In this document: piece by piece, positions 54,561 to 64,000 of the stretch
How the letters are laid out: the number at the start of each line of letters is the position of its first letter
Position numbering within the stretch: the first letter of the stretch is position 1
Assembly (NCBI GenBank): GCA_028534125.1
Contig: CM052818.1
Span: 29,824,001-29,888,000, forward strand
Direction: 5' to 3'
Source: Lama glama
Taxonomy: Eukaryota
DNA length: 64,000 nt
Program-made: the position numbers and the translations under genes
Notes under the pieces: generated by a model
What the model saw: the letters and a program-made list of their open reading frames with translations, nothing else
The model's database searches: none
Told to the model about the DNA's origin: nothing

Positions 54561-55040
54561 TGTGATGCTGTAATATAATAAAAAATAAATAAGCTCTAGG
54601 TCCCAGCACAGAGCTTCTAAAACTCTCTTAACGTCCTGAGTGGTAGGGGTTAGAAAAGATGCTGGCTGTTCATTTGTATGTGCTTTATAATATCCTTTAT
54701 AATAAAGCAGTAATAGTCATTGTTTCCTTGAGTTCTGTGAGCCATTCTAGCAAATTATCAAATCTGAACTCAAAAGGAGGTTGTGAGAACCCCTGATTTA
54801 TAGCCAGTAGGTCAGAAGTAGCAGATCTGAGATAGGAATCTGAAATGGAGGACAGTCCTATGGGACTGAGCCTTAACCTGTGGGGTCTGCACTAATTCCA
54901 TATAGTGTCAGAATGGAATTAAATTATAGGACACCCAGTTGATGTCCACAAGGAAGTGAAGAAATGCTTGGTGTGAGAGACCAACAAGTCTGCTGTTGAA
55001 AACTGTTGAATAGAGGAATAGTTTCCTTTAGAGAAGTTAA
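54561..55040 (+). mobile_element. MER21-like LTR
   Basis: tttccttgagttctgtgagccattctagcaaattatc...tttatagccagtaggtcagaagta...gggactgagccttaacctgtggggtctg...tagtgtcagaatggaattaaattataggacacccag. Confidence 0.8.
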
Positions 55041-55049
55041 ATACTATGA

Positions 55050-55349
55050 ATCTTATGGTTACCTGGGAAAGGGGATGGTAAGGGATAAATCTGGGAGTTT
55101 GAGATTTGCAAATGTTAGCTACTATATATAAAAATAGATTAAAAAAACAAGTTTCTTCTGTATGGCACAAGGAACTATGTTCAACATTTTATAAAAATAT
55201 TTAATGAAAAAGAATATGAAAATGAATATATGTATGTATATGCATGACTGGACACCATGCTGTATACCAGAAATAGACACATTGTAACTGACTGTACTTC
55301 AATTTAATAAATAAATAAAACATCTCAAATAAAAAACAAACCACAAACA
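55050..55349 (+). mobile_element. Lineage-specific L1 3' end
   Basis: Same 3' terminus as the copy at 28874 but longer. TSD aaatactatg / aaatgctatg. Confidence 0.88.
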
Positions 55350-55492
55350 AAATGCTATGGTCACAGAGCTAAGTGAAACTGCTGGGTTTTAGAGCCAAGC
55401 AAACTCTAGAACTACTCTAAAATAATAAAATGATTGCATGAAAGGAAAGCTGTTTCATTATTTCATATCCATAACAAACACGTATGATATTA

Positions 55493-55732
<240 letters not shown>

Positions 55733-56649
55733 TTAATTTTGCCAAAAATATCAAGAATATGGCTAGATGCAGATTTGAAAATCTTCTCAATGAAAAATAA
55801 TAGAACATGACATGTGCTTTCAAATATTTTTATGAAGATGTGTTCATTTGAGCAAAATCATTATTTAACCTAGTTGCCCTGTTCTATTGAAAAAATTCCT
55901 TAAAAAATGAATCAATCTTTCCAGATAATCAAAACAATAAGCAGAATATATATCATACCATAAATTAATAAATCTTTTATCTGAGTTATTAAAAAATTGA
56001 GAAAATAAATTACATAAAAACAAATGCCACCTTTCTCAAAGTTGAAATAAATTTTTAAAAATCATCCAAACTCACAAATGAAAACAAATAATTAGAAATC
56101 TGGTACCTCTTCACTTAAAAAATTTCCTAATGTGTTGATGCAGATGCAAATCAAACTTTAAGGATTCTAAAATTTTAAGAATGTTTTCTAGTCTTGGTTA
56201 GGTTAGGGCGTCTCCAATTTTAGTTAAAATGCTTCCCTAGATGGGGTATCTAAAGAGAGACTGGCCTATGAGAAAACTCTGAATATGCACATACTGAATT
56301 CTAACCTGAGAGAAAGCTGTAACTGCCATCAGTTCAGAGAATGTAGCAGAAACCACTGCATATGACCCAGATGTAGTGAGGGGAAAGTGACACTTGCAGG
56401 TGAGCAAAAACTGGGGCGAAATGTATTATGATACAATGGGGACTGCTTAACGCACACAAGTTAAGCTCTTTGCTGATGACAGGGAACCCAATATTGTCCC
56501 TAGGTGATCATTCACAATAACTTCCAGTAAAGAGTGCTTCAAAGAAAGACAAAAGGCTTATTTGTCTGAAAACTGGTCACATCCTTGATTATTTGCTTAT
56601 TTTTAAAAGTCAAGTGTAAAAAATATCCTAGTTAACTGGAGTCCAATTA

Positions 56650-56920
56650 ATCATTCAAAACCTAGCTGTGCATTAGAAGCACTTTAGAAGATTTTAGTAT
56701 TTTAAAAGTAAATCATGAAAAGGAATACATATATGACTGAAACATTATGCTGTACACCAGAAATTGACACATTGTAAATTGACTCTACTCCTATTAAAAA
56801 AATAAAAAATAAAGAAAAATTTTAAGTAAATAACATCTCAGAGCAGGATCTGAGCATCGGTGGTTTTTAAAACACTCCCCAGGTAATTCCTAAGTACAGC
56901 CAAATTTAAGAACTACTAGG
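56650..56920. mobile_element. MER5-like MITE interrupted by a short L1 3' end (56714-56823)
   Basis: agctgtgcattagaagcac ... ctccccaggtaattcctaagtacagccaaatttaagaactact. The inner L1 is flanked by aagtaaat on both sides. Confidence 0.7.
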
Positions 56921-57291
56921 CTAAGCTAATAGAAGCATTTGTCTTTGGTAAATTCATTTTAACTCCACATGCTCACTGACAGTCAGCAAGTCCTTCAGTG
57001 GAGTGCACACTGCATCACAGTCCCTACAGATCCTTACTGTATCATGCCCAGCTCACTTCCACCGTCTGTACTACCTAGCTGGCCCCTGTGGGTATTTGAA
57101 TTTTCAACTGCAAATCTAAGCCAACTCTTTTACAATAAAGCACTAGCAGGTTAGATCACTTGCTCAACGTCACACCTTCATTAGTAGCCAAAGCTGACTG
57201 TAATAGTTGGTCTCTTGATCCCCAGAATGACATCTTTTTCTTTCTTTCTATCTTTTTGGAAATTGCACTGGGACACATGAGCTTCAACTAC

Positions 57292-57985
57292 TTTCTTTTT
57301 TTTTTCCTTTTTTATTGAAATGGAGTTGATGTACATTATGTTTCAGGTGTACTATATAATGATTTGATACTTGCATACACTATGAAGTGACCACCACAAG
57401 CCTAGTAACCATCTTTTCCCAAAGTCACTACAATATTATTGACCATATTGACCATATTCCTTACACATGACTTATTTATTCTATACCTGCAGGTTTACAA
57501 TTGTTAATCTCTTCATTTGTTTTGCCCACCCCACCTCACTTCTGGCAACCAGTGTATTAAAACCATGGTATGAGAACTGTACAGAGAGGCTCCCGCAAGT
57601 CTTCCTGCAGCATCACCAAATAATCCAGCAGTACGTGGTGACCCTGGAGAGCCTGCTCTTCACTGCTGAATTAGACCCTCACATCCTGGCTGTGATCCAG
57701 CAGTTTCGGGCCCTGTAGGCCTAAGGATCATTTTTTGTCCCCACTTCATGTCAAGATTTTCTTTAAATTCTCAAAATAAAATTTTCTGTAAAAGGCTTTT
57801 TTTTCCTTCTCTGTATCTATGAGTCTGTTTTCATTTTGTTTTGTTTGCTTGTTCTGTTTTTTGGACTCACCATATAAGTAAGATCATGTGGTCCTTCTCT
57901 TTCTGACTTATTCCACTTGGCAAAATACCCCCTAGATCCATCCATGTTGCAAATGGCAAGATTTCATTTTTTATGGCTACATAAC
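57292..57985 (-). mobile_element. L1 3' end (L1MA-like), host of the NCBP1 fragment
   Basis: Poly-T and tttattgaaatggagttgat...ttctggcaacc, then the insert, then ttctctgtatctatgagtctgtttt...ctagatccatccatgttgcaaatggcaagatttcattttttatggct. Confidence 0.88.
57548..57795 (+). pseudogene. NCBP1: Processed pseudogene fragment of NCBP1 (CBP80): last ~58 codons plus ~70 nt of presumed 3'UTR
   Basis: Translates as [57 protein letters not shown], which I recognise as the NCBP1 C-terminus (recalled as ...[54 protein letters not shown]). Premature TAG at 57716-57718, native TAA at 57722-57724. No intron. Flanked on both sides by L1 3'UTR. Confidence 0.9.
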
Positions 57986-59092
57986 AACATCTTTATATTT
58001 TTTTTTAACACTTTCTCCAAGGAATAGATGACAGTACCCAGGAAACACTGGCAGAGTAATGTAAGAAGAGGACTCTGTAAAGACCTTCAGGAAACTGCTA
58101 GATTAAAGGAAGTGGAAGAAGAGGGGTAAACAAAGAATACACAAATAAGGGAGAAGGAAAATCAGAGGAATAAATTCTTGCTGCACTGTGTTAATTAATT
58201 CATTCATTCTCTTGAGCACCTACTCTGTACAAGGAGTGTGCACAAGGCCCCAGGGACAAAGTAGCAGCAAGACAAACAAGGTCCTGCCCTCAGAGAACTT
58301 ACACACTAAAGCAATGACTATTAAGTAATCTTAACTCTTCTATAACTAAGTTTGCAAATTAAAATATTTTTATCTCCTTGAAGTACAGTTTACAAGATTA
58401 ATGTATATCCTTATCTTGTTAGTTTCCATTAACTTAAATCTACAAAAAGGATGAATTTATCAACATAAGTAAGTATATATAGCACTATAAAGATATACAT
58501 GATGAAACTGAAGACATTAAAAAGCTAATTCTTAAATTGTGTGACATTGTGGGTGGAAGATTTTATTATAAAATGCGATCTCAAGAATTTTCAAAAGGAA
58601 GGAAGAATTTTCTTCATTAAGTGAAGTTGCACACTGATTCTGCTACTTATGGTGGGTTGCATCACTGCCTTTTTTCTCTTCAGTGTGTTAAAGGGACTGT
58701 CTCTGTAACCTCGTGACGGCATGGAAGCACACTGAAGAAATGGCTCTGGGGAAAATCTCCAAGTCAGCCCAAGCCTGATCAGAATCTCAGCTCCACCAAG
58801 TGAGGTGATTAGCTGGGTCACCTTGGGAAGGTACCTGACCTCAGAGGATCTCTCTTCCCTCCTCTCTATAGTAGGAACAGTAATTCCCATCACCCATAGA
58901 GTTGTGAGGATTAAATATGCATGGAGAGTCAACACTGAAAAAGCCTCTGAGAGCACCTGCTGAACAGCACACGCGGTCCCCTGCGGGACTTCTCCTCCTA
59001 CAACACTTCCTCACACCCTTATTGGAAACGCTCCCCGGCCCGCAAGTGGGCACAGGGGGCAGCACTAGCCATCACCTACCCTCAGCTACCTG

Positions 59093-59552
59093 GGCATAGA
59101 GCATTTTAAACTAAAGAAGTTTGAGAAAACAGCACAAGCAGGAAGATCACTCTGACCTTCCCCCACTCCTCTTCCCTGAAAGTCATAAAACCGTCACGTG
59201 AGAGGTGCCCTCCCTACATCCGGAGGAAAGGAGCATCCCTTCCTCTGAAGACAAAGGGACACTGACCAGAATCCCAACAAGCAAATCTTACTAAGTTTCT
59301 CCCAGTTTACTGCACTTTCCTTTGACCTGCCATATTCCTCCATGACTGCCCACACTTCATCACACCTAGCACAAAAATACTCAGCTTTAACTGTTTCTTC
59401 AGTCTTCATTTCCTTATGAGATCCCATGTCACACAAAACCTATATTAAATAAATTTGGGTGCTTTTCTCTTGTTAATCTGTCTTTGTCAGTTTAACTTTC
59501 AGACCCAGCCAGGGACCCTAATAGGGTCGAGGAAAACTTTTCCCTCCCCCAC
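59093..59552 (+). mobile_element. MER34/MER39-like ERV1 solo LTR
   Basis: gagaggtgccctccctacatccggaggaaaggagcatcc...attaaataaatttg...cttttctcttgttaatctgtctttgtcag...cctcccccaca. Confidence 0.75.
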
Positions 59553-61769
59553 AGCTCCCAACCACATGGTCACTCTACCAGTAACGGTCACGGTACACAG
59601 ATCAGCACAGACCAGGCCTGTCAGCTAAAGCTTGGCTTTAAAGGGTTTGAATGCCAAAGCAGGGATTTTCCTAGGAAAAACTACCAGTAAGACTGTTTTC
59701 TACGCTGGCATGAGAACAAGAGTTTGCCTGAGACTTTTATGTGAGGGTCAAGCAAAACAGTCTCATGAAACACTGAAAGTAAAATGCAATCTGAAAAACA
59801 GACATTTGAAAAGCTTTACAGAAGGAACTGACTGGATAATGATATCACTGAAGAATGCATTTATCTTATATTTATTTGGTTGGGAGATATGCAGACTTGG
59901 GAAAGTCTTTCTAAAAGGAGGGAACTGCAGATAGACTGGGTTTAATATATGTTACAAAACACTGCTGCCCACGAGGTCAGAATCCGTCATACTGGGACAT
60001 CAGGTAAGGAAAAAGAAAGTTAAACAGGACATATGTGCTGTAACGCTCTACTGACTTATGAAGAAAATTCTATTTTTATAAAATTTCCAGTCTCGTGGTT
60101 GAGCAAGCACACCCAGTGGAGAGAGCCCCAAGGGAACTACGAAGCCCAGCTGGTGAGGACTCAGGCTCCACTCTGTGCAGACGGTGAGCGGAGCTGATCC
60201 AGTCTCCAGCGTGTCCCCAAACGAGGGTCACTGCTCTCGCCTCCAGTCAATTTAGGACGTGAGAATGACCACCCACCGCCTTCTGCTGGCTCTGTCACAG
60301 TCTTCTGACTCCACCTCTACCCAGCGACTGTCACTGCATCAAGTTCGGATCCCTCAGGGCAGAGGCCCTAGCTGTTTGGTCCGCCAGTGCCTTCTGTGTG
60401 GCCTGGCACACTGCAGGGGCTCAGAGAGATAAAGAAAGAGACAGAGAAAGGGCCTTTTCTTTGTCCTCTTTTACAGAGGGGCAGAGGTGTACAAAAACAT
60501 TTCTTCTGAAACAGAAACGCAAATTCATAGTGACTAACATGTATGAAAATCACATGATAGGTTTTTTTCCCTGGCGTTCCCTGGATAGAATTGGGAACAT
60601 GCTCTCCCAAGGGCACAACACTGTAAATAACAACTAGGTATCATGAAATGATACTTTCATTACTGTCATCCAGGCACACTTTGGTGAGGCAGCTCAGAAG
60701 CTTCATCACTGCTTGACAGCATTTTTTCTTTACAACAAAACGCTCCAAATGACAAAGAACATAAGCTCATAAGCTTTTTGAAAATAAGTCATTCGTAAAT
60801 TGTGACACACAAAACATTTTTAAATAAGAGGCCTGGCAAAGAGGGAAAAACGTACTGAAAACAAAAAGAACTGGGTTCTAGACCAGGATCTCTGCCCATG
60901 AGCTGCATAACCCTTGGGAAAGGTCTTGACCATCTTTAGGCCTCTTTTTCCTTGTCTACATACTGTTGAGATTTGATCTGATGGTCTCTAAGGTTTCTTT
61001 CAGCTATAAAAAATTTTTTTAATAAGATCCATTTTTTAACATCAAATAATAGTAAGGTTTTAAATAATTCATTAACTTTGTAAAAATCTCAAATTAATGT
61101 GAATCTTTCCAAAACCAACTTGGGTTCCTCTATCTTCCCAGCTATTATCTATATGCCCTTAAGTAAGTGGATAAATAACTTCTCTAGGAGTAAGACATCT
61201 TATCTATAAAAAGAAAAAAGTTGGACTAAAAGATGACCAAAACTTATTCCACCTCCAAAATTCTGCAATAATGAAGGGAAAATAATGACATGAATTCCTG
61301 AGTTCATCTTTGGTTATATTTTTAATTAACATTATTTGATTATAATTCTTATAGACTTCATAGTCACCAAAACACCCTGCAAACAGGTTATTTAAAGTCA
61401 ACTAAAGTTCTTTACTGGTCAATAAAAGTATAAGAGAGAAAAGTACTTAAGGACATATAAATTTCTCAGGTGCTAAAAACTAGTAAAATAAGGGAAGGTA
61501 TTGACAATTACCAAATTTTGCCTCAGATCAGAACAGTGAGATGTCTCACATAGAAGAGGTTTTAAATAGGCACTGAGTTTCTGCTTTGATAAGAGGCAAT
61601 AAGTGAATATATAGTACCTAAACATAAACTGATATAATCTTTTACTAGCCTAGAATTCTAGCTACCAGTTATATATGTGAGCAAAACCCAAAATATATCA
61701 GAGACTGGTAAATTGTGAAATTTTGTTGACTGTTCTATGTCCATGGCAGATACTTTTTGGTATCTCCGT

Positions 61770-62308
61770 ACGGAACAAGTAAAAAAAGCAAGGACTCATA
61801 TATGTGCATTTCAATGTTCATAGTAGCATTACGTATAATAACTAAAAGGCAGAAACAACCCAAAGAAAAAAAATTCATTGAAGGATAAATGGATAAACAA
61901 AATGTGGTATATAAATACAATGGAATACTACTCAGCCCTAAAAAGGAAGGCGGTTCTGATATACGCTACAACACGGATGAACCTTGAAGACATTATCCTA
62001 AGGGAAATAAGGCAATTATAAAAGGACAAGTATTTTATTCCACATACATAAGGTACTTAAAATAGTGAAATGCATAGACACAGAAAGTAGAATGGTGGTT
62101 GCCAGAGGCTAAGGGAGAGGCGAGAAAGGAGAGTTAGAGTTTAAGGGATACAGAGGTTCAGTTTGGGATGATTAAAAAAAAGTCCTGGAGATGGACAGTG
62201 GTGATGACTGTATGACAACATGAATGTCCTTAGTGCCACTGAACTATATACTTAAAAAATGTTACAATGGTAAGTTTATGTTATGAATATTCTATGACAA
62301 TAAAAAAG
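61770..62308 (+). mobile_element. L1MB-type 3' end
   Basis: aatggataaacaaaatgtggtatata...caacacggatgaaccttgaagacattat...agaaagtagaatggtggttgccag...acaataaaaaa. Confidence 0.88.
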
Positions 62309-63642
62309 CAAATATTTTACAAAATCATTACTTACAAAGTCCTTAAAAAGACAGCAATCTTACACTCATGTTCAGTGTCACTAAAGACTTAGAAAACATA
62401 AGATAAAAATACAACTATGCTCAAACTAATATTTCATTGCCTTTTTTTAAGCCACTCACAAAATAATATTTTGAATGCATATTCAACATCTTCCAAAGTT
62501 CAGAATTTGTCTCCCAAAAGGTGGGTTATTTTAGTACAGAAAAGGTTCTGCTATGTCTCTACATATAATTAAATTACAGTGAACACTATTTTTAATCATC
62601 TCATCTTCTATTTACCCCTAAAGAACACACTTTTATGAAGATATAAAATATTGGATGTTGCTAATTCTTAAAACCTATAATTTGCTTCCAACAATTCACT
62701 CATTTCTCTGAAATGCTCTATAAATTTCTGAATATTTTTATCTAAAACTGGCCTGAAATAACAGAAATTACTAAAAAGCTGGTAACAGGAGAGTTAGCTT
62801 TTTGTTCTAAGGGAAATACAATGACTAGTCCAGAACTAACCAGGATTTATTCACCCCCTAGAGGAGCAAGCTGCCACCTTTCTCAAGGCACACAGTCTGC
62901 CAACTCCCTTAAAAGGTAAATCACCCAAAACACAAATTAAGCTGTGACCACTCTACCTAAGCCTTAGGGCACCCCTCTACCTGCCAGGGCTTAGCAGTCA
63001 CACATAAAAAGGTACTGATGTTAATTATCTTAAAATCTAAAATGCCTGATACAAGCTAGCTATGTGTCCTGGCAAACAGCAGCTGTACACAGCAATAAGC
63101 TCTTCTCTTGCATAAATATTCAGCTTATTAGAATTCTTCCAAAATAACATAAACCAATTGGTGTCCCACTATATTTAAACCATGTCCTCACAACCCCATC
63201 CTGATATTTGGTGAAATGTTCAGACAGCATTAACTTGAAAATAGCTGGTTGCCCATTATTATAGTGTACTGTTCTATCTCACTTGTACAAGAGAACTCTT
63301 TACACCATAATTGTAACATTTATTTGTCTTCATTAAGATAAACAAAAACATACAGAATTACCTAGATACGTAGCAAGTCTGCTGTGAGAATAAGCTGTGA
63401 TTGACGCTTTTATGCTTTTTGCAAGAAACTCACTTTTTTCCTATAAAAATGAGTAGGTCACCCTGCATCTTATTGCTCTCTATCATTGACAGGCTCAAAG
63501 AAATAAATCAGTCTTCCTAAGCAAAGCACTAATGTAGATAATAAATTTAGAATTTCATAGTTTATCTTCACCTGGACTATATGGAAGATACATGCAAACA
63601 CTTAAATGAACTTAATACATCCATACAAGAAACTGGACTAAA

Positions 63643-63781
63643 GATGGAGGGTACAGCTCAGTGGGAGAGTACATGCCTAACATGCACAAGGTCCTGGGTT
63701 CAAGCCCCAGCACCTCCATTAAATAGATGAATAACTCTAACTACCTCCCCCTCAAAAAAATTAATTAAAAAAAATTTTTTA
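63643..63781 (+). mobile_element. tRNA-derived SINE (camelid vic-1 type)
   Basis: gagggtacagctcagtgggagag...gggttcaagccccagcacctcc with A-rich tail. Perfect 16-bp TSD aagaaactggactaaa at 63627-63642 and 63782-63797. Confidence 0.93.
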
Positions 63782-64000
63782 AAGAAACTGGACTAAATTT
63801 ATTAATAGTCAGAAAGAAATTATTTTTGTATAGGAAATTCTAATTTGGCTTAAATGTGCTGAGAAAAGGTACTCTATTAATATTCATTTTCTTAAAGATA
63901 CTGGTCTTTCAGAACATTGAAAGAATGACCATTGCAACTCATCTGACCATGAACATCAATGTCTTATGTGACTCTTTCCATGAATTTTCAGTTCTACATG

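Noticed and set aside
57467..57718. 83-aa ORF as a functional L1-NCBP1 chimeric protein
   Set aside because: The N-terminus is antisense L1 3'UTR, and the NCBP1 part has many substitutions and a premature stop. No promoter evidence. Treated as a pseudogene fragment.

Overview
Mammalian genomic DNA, most likely camelid (alpaca/camel), judged from four copies of a tRNA-derived SINE with the vic-1-type head GGGGAGGGTATAGCTCAAGTGGTAGAG. The whole window lies inside TTC27 (tetratricopeptide repeat domain 27) on the minus strand. Five internal coding exons (55541-55654, 41909-42004, 38877-38999, 21340-21567, 3224-3322) have canonical AG/GT sites, are all phase 0 and splice into one open 220-aa frame. 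They are probably exons ~10-14 by human numbering, which is recalled and not checked. The rest is intron filled with L1, L2, MIR, tRNA-SINE, LTR/ERVL and DNA-transposon remnants, plus one 500-N gap inside an L1. Most short ORFs in the supplied track are noise or repeat-derived. I found no convincing previously undescribed biological system. The best second-look items are: (1) an NCBP1 (CBP80) mRNA fragment inside an L1 3' end with no poly(A) tail or target-site duplication (TSD); (2) a near full-length Blackjack-type hAT transposon fossil with both ends, an 8-bp TSD, recognisable transposase and four nested insertions; (3) local CpG-rich patches, one coinciding with apparent TTC27 amino-acid changes; (4) an assembly gap that is probably much larger than 500 bp. 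Repeat family names come from recall of consensus sequences, and most repeat boundaries are approximate.
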